This document shows positions 43,671 to 53,029 of a stretch of 58,112 bases of DNA, piece by piece; position 1 is the first letter of the stretch, and each line of letters opens with the position of its first letter. The stretch is from positions 1 to 58,112 of the forward strand of contig VMGD01000009.1 of assembly GCA_007376405.1 (NCBI GenBank), read 5' to 3'. Origin of the DNA: Microgenomates group bacterium Gr01-1014_7 (lineage in GTDB: Bacteria > Patescibacteriota > Microgenomatia > Daviesbacterales > UBA10151). Made by a program: the position numbers and the translations under genes. Below the pieces are notes generated by a model. The model saw only the letters and a list, made by a program, of their open reading frames with translations. It ran no database searches and had not been told where the DNA came from.

Positions 43671-44267
43671 ATGACTATGATTAAAGTACCGCCAATACCA
43701 AAAAAGAGAATAGCAATTTTTATAGATGCTGCTAATTTTGAGATCAGCCTGAAGCAATGTGGTCTGAGGGTAGATTATAAAAAACTTTTAACTGAATTCC
43801 GAACTAAAGGAAAATTAACCATATTAAGATATTACAGTCCTGTCTTTAAGACTAAGGGACAGAATCGCTTTTTCTCCTTTATAAAAAATCAGGGCTTTAA
43901 AATAGTCACTAAAAGTATTAAGGTTATTAGGAAACGCAATAAAAAATCTCAAAACAAAGCTAATTTTGATGTTGAGATAACCTTTGATGCGGCTGTCAAT
44001 ATAGGCAAATATGAAACTATGATACTTTTTTCAGGAGATTCCGATTTTGTTTACTTAGTATCTCAGCTGAAAAAAAGTAGCATTACTACTACAGTAATCT
44101 CGCCTCAGTGGCGGACAGCCAGAGAGCTTAAAAAAGTTGCCGATACATTTATTGATTTACGGGAATGTGATTTTGTCATTAAAAAGCCCCCTTTCGGGGG
44201 CGCTCACAACAGCCTTTCGACTGCAAAAGCAATATACAACAAAAAAGGAGAAAAGTCAAGTGATTAA
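43671..44267 (+). CDS. NYN-domain (LabA-like) protein
   Basis: KRIAIFIDAANFEISL...NFDVEITFDA...MILFSGDSDFVYLV. Confidence 0.75.
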   Translation: MTMIKVPPIPKKRIAIFIDAANFEISLKQCGLRVDYKKLLTEFRTKGKLTILRYYSPVFKTKGQNRFFSFIKNQGFKIVTKSIKVIRKRNKKSQNKANFDVEITFDAAVNIGKYETMILFSGDSDFVYLVSQLKKSSITTTVISPQWRTARELKKVADTFIDLRECDFVIKKPPFGGAHNSLSTAKAIYNKKGEKSSD

Positions 44268-45165
44268 AGCACCGCCAACACCAAAGGGGTTTAGGGATAT
44301 AAAGCCTGAACTTGCCGCAAAAAGACGTGAAACAATAAATAAAATTGCCGGCGTCTTGGAAGAATATGGTTTTATTCCAATTGAAACTCCCACCATTGAG
44401 TTTGCCGAAACACTGGAAGGAAAATATGGAGAAGAAGAAAGGCTGATTTATAAATTCACAGATCGAGGTGGCAGGAATCTTGCTTTGCGTTTTGATTTAA
44501 CAGTTCCTCTTGCCAGATATGTGGCAACTTACAATCCTCCCCTACCTTTCAGGCGTTACCAAGTAGGCCAGGTTTTTAGAGGAGAAAATCCGCAAAAAGG
44601 CAGGTGGAGAGAATTTACTCAATTTGATTTTGACAGTGTTGGATCTAGTAATCCGTCGGAGGATGCAAAAGTTGTAGCTGTTGCCATAAAGTGCATGAGG
44701 AAGCTTGGGTTCTCAAATGCTCAAATGTCTGTTAATGACAGAGCTAATTTTGCAGATTTCCCCTCGGAGATTGTTAGAGCTATAGATAAGCTTAATAAAA
44801 TTGGTGAAGAGGCAGTTTTGCAAGAGCTTGTGAGCAATGGTTTATCCCAGCAGGTAGCCAAGGAGTCTGTTTCTAAAATCAGATCACAAAAACCAACTTC
44901 AAATCTTAAAGATTTGTTTAAGATTCTAAAGGAAGAATATAAATTAGAAGAAGGCAAAGATTTTGCTTTTGATCCTAGCTTAGCAAGAGGTTTGGATTAT
45001 TACACAGGAGCTATTTTTGAACTAAAAGAGGAGAAATATCAAGGTTTATCCATTGGTGGCGGGGGCAGGTATGACAATTTAATTGGAAGTTTTGCCAAAA
45101 AAGATATTCCTGCAGTTGGATTCTCCTTTGGATTGGACAGGATGCTGGAAATCCTCTATCCTTAA
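44260..45165 (+). CDS. hisS: histidyl-tRNA synthetase catalytic core without anticodon-binding domain (HisRS/HisZ-like)
   Basis: LRFDLTVPLARY, FRRYQVGQVFRGENPQKGRWREFTQFDFD (motif 2), GGGGRYDNLIG...GFSFGLDRM (motif 3). GTG start lies 9 nt after AGGAG. The protein ends right after motif 3. Confidence 0.75.
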   Translation: MIKAPPTPKGFRDIKPELAAKRRETINKIAGVLEEYGFIPIETPTIEFAETLEGKYGEEERLIYKFTDRGGRNLALRFDLTVPLARYVATYNPPLPFRRYQVGQVFRGENPQKGRWREFTQFDFDSVGSSNPSEDAKVVAVAIKCMRKLGFSNAQMSVNDRANFADFPSEIVRAIDKLNKIGEEAVLQELVSNGLSQQVAKESVSKIRSQKPTSNLKDLFKILKEEYKLEEGKDFAFDPSLARGLDYYTGAIFELKEEKYQGLSIGGGGRYDNLIGSFAKKDIPAVGFSFGLDRMLEILYP

Positions 45166-45168
45166 AGG

Positions 45169-46107
45169 ATGAGCTCTCAAATAATCACCAAACCACTCCC
45201 TTACATTGCTTTAATACTGGCCCATTTAATTTGGGGTATAAATTTTGTGGTGGCTAAAGTTACTTTGCAGGAATTCCCACCCATGAGTCTGGCACTTTTG
45301 CGTTTTGCTCTTGCTTCCCTTTTTTTGGCCCCATTTTTTTTCGCTCAAACCAAAAAAATTAAAATAGACAAAAAAGATTTACCCGCCCTTATTGCAGTTG
45401 GTGTTTTTATTATCACTTTAAATATTGCCTTTTTCTTTGAAGGCATAAAGCGGACCACAGCCATAGACGCCTCGGTTTTAACCCTGATTATTCCCATTCT
45501 TTCGGTCATCATAGGCTGGTTATATTTCAAGGAAAAAATATACCTGGTTAATCTGGCGGGCGTTGCGGCAGCCTTTTTAGGAGCGCTGATTATCATTGGC
45601 CTGCCTCAATTTTTTACGGGTACATATTCTACCCAAATGCTTTTGGGTAATATTTTAATAATTCTGGCCTCAATTTCCTGGGTAATAGGGGCAGTTATAT
45701 CCAAAAAAGTCCTCACCAAATATCCCTCACTGGTAGTTACTGCCATTGCCTTTATGGTGGGAACTGTGGCCATGCTTGTTCCGGCAGGCCTTGAGTACAT
45801 AAAAAACCCATCCTGGCCCGGCCAAATTACTATTTTGGGTCTAATGGGTCTAACCTATATGACTCTTCTCTCCTCCATCTCCGCTTATTTTCTGTTTGAA
45901 TGGGGCCTTTCCAAAACCACCATCACCGCAGCTGATTTATTCCAGTATATTGAGCCCTTTATTGCAGCTTTCCTGGCAGTAACCATACTGGGTGAGCAAC
46001 TTTCCACTTCCTTTTTAACCGGAGCCTTTTTAATTACCATTGGAGTATTTTTAGGAACCCTGGCCAAAGCCATCCACCGCAGACACCACAAAGCGCACAG
46101 AGTGTAG
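45169..46107 (+). CDS. EamA/DMT family transporter
   Basis: 10 TM helices with an EamA duplication. Confidence 0.8.
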   Translation: MSSQIITKPLPYIALILAHLIWGINFVVAKVTLQEFPPMSLALLRFALASLFLAPFFFAQTKKIKIDKKDLPALIAVGVFIITLNIAFFFEGIKRTTAIDASVLTLIIPILSVIIGWLYFKEKIYLVNLAGVAAAFLGALIIIGLPQFFTGTYSTQMLLGNILIILASISWVIGAVISKKVLTKYPSLVVTAIAFMVGTVAMLVPAGLEYIKNPSWPGQITILGLMGLTYMTLLSSISAYFLFEWGLSKTTITAADLFQYIEPFIAAFLAVTILGEQLSTSFLTGAFLITIGVFLGTLAKAIHRRHHKAHRV

Positions 46108-46142
46108 AAATTCTGTAGCCAATTTGTTATACTACCTGCATT

Positions 46143-46469
46143 ATGAAAGCAGACATCCATCCTAATTGGAATCCTGAGGCTAAAGTGACTTGCGCCTGCG
46201 GGGCCAGCTTTATAACCGGCTCAACGATGAGCGAAATCCGTGTGGAAATTTGTTCTGCCTGTCACCCGTTTTTTACCGGAGCGCAAAAGTTTGTTGATAC
46301 CCTTGGCCAAGTAGACAGATTTGTTAAGAAAGTGGAAGTTTCCAAAGCTAGTCAAGAGGAAAGAAAAAGAATTCTGGAACACAAAAAGGCAAAGCTGGAG
46401 GAGCGCAAAAAGGAAAGACCCTCCCTCAAAGATCTCCTGATGCAGGCCAGAAAACAGGCTGCATCTTAG
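46143..46469 (+). CDS. rpmE: 50S ribosomal protein L31 with Lys-rich C-terminal extension
   Basis: MKADIHPNW...CACG...[13 protein letters not shown]. Confidence 0.9.
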   Translation: MKADIHPNWNPEAKVTCACGASFITGSTMSEIRVEICSACHPFFTGAQKFVDTLGQVDRFVKKVEVSKASQEERKRILEHKKAKLEERKKERPSLKDLLMQARKQAAS

Positions 46470-47360
46470 ATGGACTATATTCAGCAGCAAATTGATAATA
46501 TTGATCGCCAGATCGAGGAAAATAAACTTCTCCTCTCTGATCCGGATGTAGGCCAAATGGCCCAAGCGGAAATTACCGAACTGGAGAAACAGAAAGAGGA
46601 ACTGCAAACTTCGGCAAACACCTCGAAAGAACCAGGGTCCAATCCAAATATATCCATTCTGGAAATCCGCTCGGCTGCCGGCGGGGATGAAGCCGGCATT
46701 TTTGCCGGAGATCTACTGCGGATGTACACCAAATTTGCTCAAAGCAAGGGCTGGAAAATAGAAGAACTGGACCGCTCCGAAGGAAAACTGGGCCAGATCA
46801 AAGAAATTGTACTCAAAATCACAGGAAAAGATTCTTACTTATGCCTCAAATATGAGTCGGGTGTTCACAGGGTACAAAGAGTACCCGTTACCGAATCCGG
46901 AGGAAGAATTCATACTTCAACCGCAACTGTGGCAGTTTTACCGGAAGTTTCCGAGAAAGAAGTTTCTATAAATCCGGCTGATATAGAGTTTGAAGCCTTT
47001 AGATCGGGTGGAGCCGGGGGCCAAAACGTTAATAAAGTCTCAACAGCAGTCAGATTGAAACACATCCCAACCGGAATTGTAGTCACTGCCCAAACAGAGC
47101 GATCGCAACTTCAAAACAGGGAGAATGCCATGAATCTTTTACGCTCCAAACTGTGGGAAATTCAACAACAAGGCGCAGTCGGTTCAATTGATGCTCAAAG
47201 ATCTGCCCAAGTTGGTAGTGGCGAGCGTTCCGAAAAAATCCGTACCTATAATTTTCCCCAAAACAGGGTTACGGATCATAGAATCAATAAATCCTGGCAT
47301 AATCTGGAGGTAATCTTAGATGGGGACCTTGACCCAATCATCCATGCGCTCCAGGCCTAA
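46470..47360 (+). CDS. prfA: peptide chain release factor 1 (N-terminally shortened)
   Basis: [10 protein letters not shown] (PxT tripeptide), [12 protein letters not shown] (GGQ). Confidence 0.9.
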   Translation: MDYIQQQIDNIDRQIEENKLLLSDPDVGQMAQAEITELEKQKEELQTSANTSKEPGSNPNISILEIRSAAGGDEAGIFAGDLLRMYTKFAQSKGWKIEELDRSEGKLGQIKEIVLKITGKDSYLCLKYESGVHRVQRVPVTESGGRIHTSTATVAVLPEVSEKEVSINPADIEFEAFRSGGAGGQNVNKVSTAVRLKHIPTGIVVTAQTERSQLQNRENAMNLLRSKLWEIQQQGAVGSIDAQRSAQVGSGERSEKIRTYNFPQNRVTDHRINKSWHNLEVILDGDLDPIIHALQA

Positions 47361-48060
47361 GCAGTATATCCAAGGCTGGGTTGAATTTTACAAGCTGAAA
47401 TTTAAAGTTACTCCGGATGTCCTCATCCCCCGCCCGGAAACAGAATTCTTGGTAGATCAAGTCTTGCAATTTGCCAAAAATCAAGCTTTTACAGCTTTAG
47501 ATATTGGAACAGGTTCAGGAAATATTGCAATCTCTATTGCTAAAAATAACAAAAAGATTAAGGTTTTTGCAACAGAAATATCGGAAAAAGCTTTGGAAGT
47601 AGCAAGAAAAAATGCCAAATTAAATAAAGTTGAAAAGAGAATCTTTTTTATTCAAAGCGATCTGTTATCTAATGTAAAAAATGTGCCTGATGTCATTGTC
47701 ACTAATCTTCCATATATTCCAACAGCAAGGATTAGTTATTTAGATCCGAGCGTGAAGGATTTTGAACCTGTTATTGCTCTGGACGGCGGCCCGGACGGCT
47801 TTGATCTCTACAGAAAACTATTTGCTCAAATAAAAAATAAATTTACGAACGGTGTCAACTCATCCCACCCCAGGGGTGGGATACGCACACACCGTCTTAA
47901 ATTAATAGTCTGCGAGATTGATTATACTCATGGAGAGCTGGCTGCAAATGAGGCTCAAAAATACTTTCCAAATGCTGAAATTGAAGTAAAGCACGATTTA
48001 GCCAAAAAACAAAGGATTTTGGTAATTACTCCGCTGGAGTTTCTTCCAGGGAAGCTGTAA
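47320..48060 (+). CDS. prmC: release-factor glutamine N5-methyltransferase PrmC/HemK (short form) with in-frame palindrome insertion
   Basis: [34 protein letters not shown] lies 9 nt before ATG 47320. Confidence 0.85.
   Translation: MGTLTQSSMRSRPKQYIQGWVEFYKLKFKVTPDVLIPRPETEFLVDQVLQFAKNQAFTALDIGTGSGNIAISIAKNNKKIKVFATEISEKALEVARKNAKLNKVEKRIFFIQSDLLSNVKNVPDVIVTNLPYIPTARISYLDPSVKDFEPVIALDGGPDGFDLYRKLFAQIKNKFTNGVNSSHPRGGIRTHRLKLIVCEIDYTHGELAANEAQKYFPNAEIEVKHDLAKKQRILVITPLEFLPGKL
47849..47895 (+). repeat. 47-bp nested palindrome related to the transposase-flanking elements, inside prmC
   Basis: ACGGTGT-caactca-TCCCACCCC-a-GGGGTGGGA-tacgc-ACACCGT. Confidence 0.6.
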
Positions 48061-49105
48061 GTTTCAGAGTTTTTCCGTCTCGCCATATTTCCAAATCTAT
48101 TTTTTTTCCGATTGAACCGCTTTTTATAGCCTCGGGAATTTTGCTTTCCGAATCCACATTTTGCCCGTTTATCTTAGCAATAATATCCCCCTGCCTTACC
48201 CCTGATTTTTCCGCCGGACCATCCTCCACCACTTCCTGAACATAAACCCCTTGCGGTACCTCATTTAAAATAGCCACATCTTTGGTGATAAACCTGTATC
48301 TTATTCCCAAAAACGGCCGGGAAATTGTTCCTTTTTTCTCAAATTCTGAAACCAGGGCTTTAACCGAATTTATGGGAATGGCAAAACCGATATTTTGCGC
48401 TCCCTCAGTGGTGGCCACATTAACCCCGATCACCTGACCGGCAGAATTAAGTAATGGCCCACCGGAATTGCCCGGATTTATAGCCGCATCAGTTTGAATC
48501 AGATCATCAAGACTTTCAAAAAATCCCTCATATGGACTGCCTACCTCAACCTTTCTTCCCAACCCCGAAACAACTCCTGTGGTAACAGTATTGGTAAAGC
48601 GGCCCAGGGCATTGCCTACAGCAATAACTGTCTGTCCAATCTTTATTTTGGATGAATCCCCCAGTTCAAGTGCTTTTAACCCGCCTGTCAGTGGAATATC
48701 CACCTGCACAATTGCCAAATCAAGCGTAGGATCCCGGTAAATTTTCCTGACCTCAAATTTTTGCCCGTCTTTGCCGACAACAGTATATTTCACTTTTCGG
48801 TCAGCAACTACGTGTTTATTAGTCACAATAACCCCCCGCTCCGAAACTAAAAAACCTGTGCCTATAGTCGCATCTTCTCTTTTGGGAATGGCAAACGGAT
48901 CAAAAGGATTGATTACCCGCCGGCTTACACCGATTGCCACCACCGTTGGCGAAGCTTTTTCCACCGCGGAAATCACCGCATTTTCCTCTTTGACAATGGT
49001 TTTTGTTTCTTCGGCAGGTTTATGGCTAGGGGCTTTGGCCTGATAAAGCGCAACCGCAATGATTATTCCTACAGCAATAGTAATTACAGTTGAGCGATTA
49101 TTCAT
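48026..49105 (-). CDS. htrA: HtrA/DegP-family serine protease with PDZ domain
   Basis: TNKHV, D, GNSGGPLLN catalytic context. C-terminal PDZ (GDIIAKINGQ). Confidence 0.9.
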   Translation of the reverse strand: MNNRSTVITIAVGIIIAVALYQAKAPSHKPAEETKTIVKEENAVISAVEKASPTVVAIGVSRRVINPFDPFAIPKREDATIGTGFLVSERGVIVTNKHVVADRKVKYTVVGKDGQKFEVRKIYRDPTLDLAIVQVDIPLTGGLKALELGDSSKIKIGQTVIAVGNALGRFTNTVTTGVVSGLGRKVEVGSPYEGFFESLDDLIQTDAAINPGNSGGPLLNSAGQVIGVNVATTEGAQNIGFAIPINSVKALVSEFEKKGTISRPFLGIRYRFITKDVAILNEVPQGVYVQEVVEDGPAEKSGVRQGDIIAKINGQNVDSESKIPEAIKSGSIGKKIDLEIWRDGKTLKLTASLEETPAE

Positions 49106-50364
49106 TCCAGAAGTTCCAGAGCTTTGTCCAGTTGCGGATCGCTATCTTCTTCTTTTTCTTCGGCCTCTGGCCGAGGCGCTTCTACCTTAATATCCGGATC
49201 AAATCCCTTTGTATCATTAACCCACCTGCCACTGGGAGTCAACCATTTGGCCACTGTTATATGAATGCCTGTGTTATTTGCCAAATCCTGCGCCTCCTGT
49301 ATTGTTCCTTTGCCAAACGATTTTTCTCCAATTAGTTTAGCTCTTTTTCGATCCTGCAATGCTCCTGCCACAATTTCCGAAGCCGAAGCCGAGCCTTTAT
49401 TAATTAAAGCTTCCATAGGGATTTTTGTTAACCGGCCGGCTCTGTTAACTTTAAAGGCCACCCGTTGCCCCGTATTATTCTCCTGTAACACCACATCTCC
49501 CCCTTCTAAAAACTCCGAAGCTGCAAATACTGCCCCTTCCAAATAACCTCCCGGATTATTTCTTAAATCTAAAATCAAAGCTGCGGGATTTTTGGCAACT
49601 ATCTGATCAACAGCCTGCTTCCACTCCTCCTCTGTCCTCTCCCCAAACCGGGACAGTTTTATCACCGCCACATGTTTGCCAGCTTTACTCTGTTTAAATG
49701 AAACCTCTACACTCTTAACAATGATCGTTTCCCGGGTCAAAATAAAATTCCGCGTATCCGAATCCCCTTCTCTAAAAATTGTTAAACCCACCTGAGTTCC
49801 CTTTGGCCCTCTGATTAAATTAACCGCTTCCGGCAGACTCATGCCAAATGTATCCTTTTCATCAATTTTGACAATCATATCTTGGGGCTTAATCCCCGCT
49901 TTTTTGGCAGGAGTTCCATCAAGGGGGGCTATCACCAAGAGCCTTTTCCCTCCGAGTCCATCCGCAGAAGCAGTGGCTTCATTAAATCCAAGCTGAATCC
50001 CCACGCCTTCAAAACTTCCACCAAGTTCCTCTTTGGTTGATTTTTGCTGTTGTGGAGGCAAAAATACAGTGTAAGGATCCCCAATTGCCGAGACCATCCC
50101 GGAAATTGCCCCGTAGAACATCTTTTGCGGATCAAGAGCCTTTTTGTCTATATATGTTCGGGATATTAGATCCCAGGTATCCCAAAAAAGCTTAAAATCT
50201 AAATTGACATTTTTTGGGAGCTCCCTGTTGGTAACGGAAAAGATTGGTTTATAATTTGCCCATTTAACCTCTATATCTCTGTGGCCTAACTGCCATCCCA
50301 GCAAAAAGGTCAGTGTGGCAATAGCAATTAATCGGAGGTTAATTAATTTAAAGAAATCTCTCAT
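49102..50364 (-). CDS. ctpA: S41 carboxyl-terminal processing protease
   Basis: PDZ (GIKPQDMIVKID), LDLRNNPGGYL, GSASASEI. Confidence 0.85.
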   Translation of the reverse strand: MRDFFKLINLRLIAIATLTFLLGWQLGHRDIEVKWANYKPIFSVTNRELPKNVNLDFKLFWDTWDLISRTYIDKKALDPQKMFYGAISGMVSAIGDPYTVFLPPQQQKSTKEELGGSFEGVGIQLGFNEATASADGLGGKRLLVIAPLDGTPAKKAGIKPQDMIVKIDEKDTFGMSLPEAVNLIRGPKGTQVGLTIFREGDSDTRNFILTRETIIVKSVEVSFKQSKAGKHVAVIKLSRFGERTEEEWKQAVDQIVAKNPAALILDLRNNPGGYLEGAVFAASEFLEGGDVVLQENNTGQRVAFKVNRAGRLTKIPMEALINKGSASASEIVAGALQDRKRAKLIGEKSFGKGTIQEAQDLANNTGIHITVAKWLTPSGRWVNDTKGFDPDIKVEAPRPEAEEKEEDSDPQLDKALELLE

Positions 50365-50383
50365 GGAAGGTTTGCGAATTAGT

Positions 50384-51526
50384 CTACACTATAATCTCCA
50401 GATTGGCAACCGGAACCTTAACTTTACGCCTTTTAGTCTCCACCAATGCCATAAATGCTCTAAGACCTGAAGGTATTAAAGTTTCAGTTTTATCCACAGA
50501 TAAAACTTTGCCCTGTTCGGCGGGGAATGAATTGCCAATAATCCTGACTTGCAAACCCTCTTTAATTTCCCAAAGCTCCTGATCCCCTCCGGGAGTTATA
50601 AATTCCTTGTCTTGAATGGGCGGTAGGCTTACCTTTGTCACTTTAACTAAACTGCCGGATTCAAACGACGGCAGATATAAAAGGCCTTTGTTTCCATCAA
50701 TTGAAGCAAACTTTCCATCATGCGCTTTTAGAATTTCATAAATATCCTCTCCAATAGACACTGAGCCAAACCCCTCACAGACTAAGATTGAAACCCCAAT
50801 ATCATTCTCTAATTTTTTGGGAAAAATTAACCTTCCTCCTGCCATCCCTTTGTAATCTTTAACATTGATCCCACCTGTAATGATTCCGCTTATTCCGGAA
50901 GAAATCGAAGAAGTGATGGCATCTTTAAAAACCAGGCTTCCTCCCACCAAAATATGTTCCTCTTCTTTTGGAGATATAAAAGATCTGTCAATAAACTGAT
51001 CTCTTTTAGAGATTACATGCAGAGTTCCATCTCTGACTCTTCCCGAACCAAACATACCATGGACTACACTTGCCTGTGTTCTGATAACAATCTGGCCTTT
51101 TTGTTTATCCACCATCTCAACCACTCCAAAAACTCCCGCAGGCAAGTCCTCTTTTTTGGGCAAAAACTTAAGCCTAAGCTCCCCGGTTTTAGGATTCATA
51201 AAATCCAAAACCCCATCAGAGGGAGAGGTAACAATTTTTTTACCTTCAAAAAAACTGCTTCTATAAGCTAACAGCTCGCCTCTATAGATCCGCTGACTTA
51301 AAGTTCTCCGCATATATTTTTCCACATCTTTTGGAGAAACTTTCAAAAGATCTGCCAAATTTATGGTCCGGAAGCCTGCTGAAACTTGAGCAGTACCCAA
51401 AACTTCCGCAGGTGAAACCTCCTGGCCTACTTTCACATTCAAAACTCCTGCTCCTTTGAGACTTCTCCTGATCCGTATAATCACATCTTTCTCTATTCTT
51501 ATTCTTTTAGGAATAACCAAGCTCAT
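50384..51526 (-). CDS. hypothetical protein (380 aa)
   Basis: Long ORF coupled to the upstream gene by an ATGA-type overlap. No motif recognised. Confidence 0.7.
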   Translation of the reverse strand: MSLVIPKRIRIEKDVIIRIRRSLKGAGVLNVKVGQEVSPAEVLGTAQVSAGFRTINLADLLKVSPKDVEKYMRRTLSQRIYRGELLAYRSSFFEGKKIVTSPSDGVLDFMNPKTGELRLKFLPKKEDLPAGVFGVVEMVDKQKGQIVIRTQASVVHGMFGSGRVRDGTLHVISKRDQFIDRSFISPKEEEHILVGGSLVFKDAITSSISSGISGIITGGINVKDYKGMAGGRLIFPKKLENDIGVSILVCEGFGSVSIGEDIYEILKAHDGKFASIDGNKGLLYLPSFESGSLVKVTKVSLPPIQDKEFITPGGDQELWEIKEGLQVRIIGNSFPAEQGKVLSVDKTETLIPSGLRAFMALVETKRRKVKVPVANLEIIV

Positions 51527-52188
51527 ATTCTCCTCCCGTCAATTAAAAGCCCCAGTCTCCCTCCATAAACCTCCAGGGCAGCTTCTTTTTTACCCAAAAG
51601 TTTGCCGTTTGTGAACTTATATGAAATTTCACATCTTTTCTTTGGGCAGGGCACAACTGTCAAGCTGCCTGCTTGAATTCTTACATTTTTCCCCAAAACA
51701 TTCATATCCAGCGTATCACCGGATCCTCCAAATTGAGGGGTCACAACCGAGCCAACCACCTCATCGGTATCATCTGTTAAAACTACAGTCCAAAGATCTT
51801 CAAAAAGGTCCTGCTTTTTCCTGTTTAAAAGCAGTCCGTCCACAAAAACCCAGGTTAAAACAGGCATGTTCGGAACAAAGCGCTCAAAACGGCAGGGGAT
51901 TAAAATCTTTCTCAGGGCAATGTTTAAAAAGGGATTATCTCCCAAAAGGGGACCTCCTTTTTCGGTTGGTTTTGGCCCGTTAAGACGCAGGGCTTCTCTT
52001 AAGATTGCTAAATCAATTTGCATATCTGTAGGTGTCAGAGGAAGCGATTGAGGATATAAAATTTTATTGGCCAGATAATTTTCCAACTGAATTGGATTGG
52101 GGGCAGGCTTTAACCAGGAGATTAAATTATTTATATCTATTTGATCAAGATTATCAAAGCTGTCAAAAAGTCCGGACAGTTTGGGCAT
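51523..52188 (-). CDS. hypothetical protein (221 aa)
   Basis: ORF between rpsR and the 380-aa unknown. Confidence 0.65.
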   Translation of the reverse strand: MPKLSGLFDSFDNLDQIDINNLISWLKPAPNPIQLENYLANKILYPQSLPLTPTDMQIDLAILREALRLNGPKPTEKGGPLLGDNPFLNIALRKILIPCRFERFVPNMPVLTWVFVDGLLLNRKKQDLFEDLWTVVLTDDTDEVVGSVVTPQFGGSGDTLDMNVLGKNVRIQAGSLTVVPCPKKRCEISYKFTNGKLLGKKEAALEVYGGRLGLLIDGRRI

Positions 52189-52200
52189 AGGTCCAGTTTA

Positions 52201-52512
52201 CTAGACTTTAGGAGTAAAAGGAAGAAGGGCTAAATGGCGGGCATATTTGATATTTTTGGCCACAGCTCTTTGATGTTTGCTGCAAACTCCGCTTCGCTGT
52301 TTGGCCACAATTTTGGCCCGGTCAGTTAAAAATCTTCTCAATGTTGCTATGTCTGTATAAGTTGGGGTAATTTTATGTTTGCAAAATAAACAAAACCTTT
52401 TTGGTCTGGCTTCTCTGGGTACTTCCTCCACCACTGCCTGCGGCTTTTCCTCTTTTAATGTCTCCCTCTTTCCTTTGGAAATAATTTTTCTGGTAATTTT
52501 CTTTGCCGGCAT
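52201..52512 (-). CDS. rpsR: 30S ribosomal protein S18 with basic N-terminal extension
   Basis: CLFCKHK...YTDIATLRRFLTDRAKI...RSGVCSKHQR. Confidence 0.9.
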   Translation of the reverse strand: MPAKKITRKIISKGKRETLKEEKPQAVVEEVPREARPKRFCLFCKHKITPTYTDIATLRRFLTDRAKIVAKQRSGVCSKHQRAVAKNIKYARHLALLPFTPKV

Positions 52513-52538
52513 AACTGGAGGATTATATCTTATCGACC

Positions 52539-53003
52539 CTAAAACGGCAAGTCTTCTTTTACTTCTTCCTTAGGAGGAGTTTGGAGCTCAGCCACTTCAC
52601 CTTTTTCCTTAGCCTTTTCCTTCACCTCCGGCTCCGGAACCGGTGCTACGTACGGCTCCCCGTTGGCTGCTTTGGGGGTCAAAATTATCATGTCTTCAAT
52701 CACAATTTCCGTAGTTTGCCTCGTAGCACCATCCTGTCCTTCCCAACTGCGGGTCTGCAGCCTTCCGGATATAAACACCTTCATACCTTTTTTCAAAAGC
52801 TGGTTGCAAAGTTCTGCCAGTTTATTCCAGGAAACCAATCGATGAAAATCCACCTCTTCTTTTCGCTCACCCTCGGAAACATAAGTGCGGTTAGTAGCCA
52901 AACCAAAAGTGCAAACTGCAGCGCCACTGGGGGTAAACCGAAGTTCCGGGTCTCTGGTTAAATTACCTATCAATTCTACTCTATTCCAGCTTCTACTTGC
53001 CAT
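52539..53003 (-). CDS. ssb: single-stranded DNA-binding protein
   Basis: NRVELIGNLTRDPELRFTPSG, acidic tail ending DLPF. Confidence 0.9.
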   Translation of the reverse strand: MASRSWNRVELIGNLTRDPELRFTPSGAAVCTFGLATNRTYVSEGERKEEVDFHRLVSWNKLAELCNQLLKKGMKVFISGRLQTRSWEGQDGATRQTTEIVIEDMIILTPKAANGEPYVAPVPEPEVKEKAKEKGEVAELQTPPKEEVKEDLPF

Positions 53004-53029
53004 GATTCCTTAACTCTAGACTCTAGAGA

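Noticed and set aside
44260-45165. Annotating the HisRS-like gene as hisZ (ATP phosphoribosyltransferase regulatory subunit)
   Set aside because: There is no hisG or his biosynthesis context in the window, and the operon is under a His-type T-box as hisS typically is. The question is left open pending a whole-genome check.
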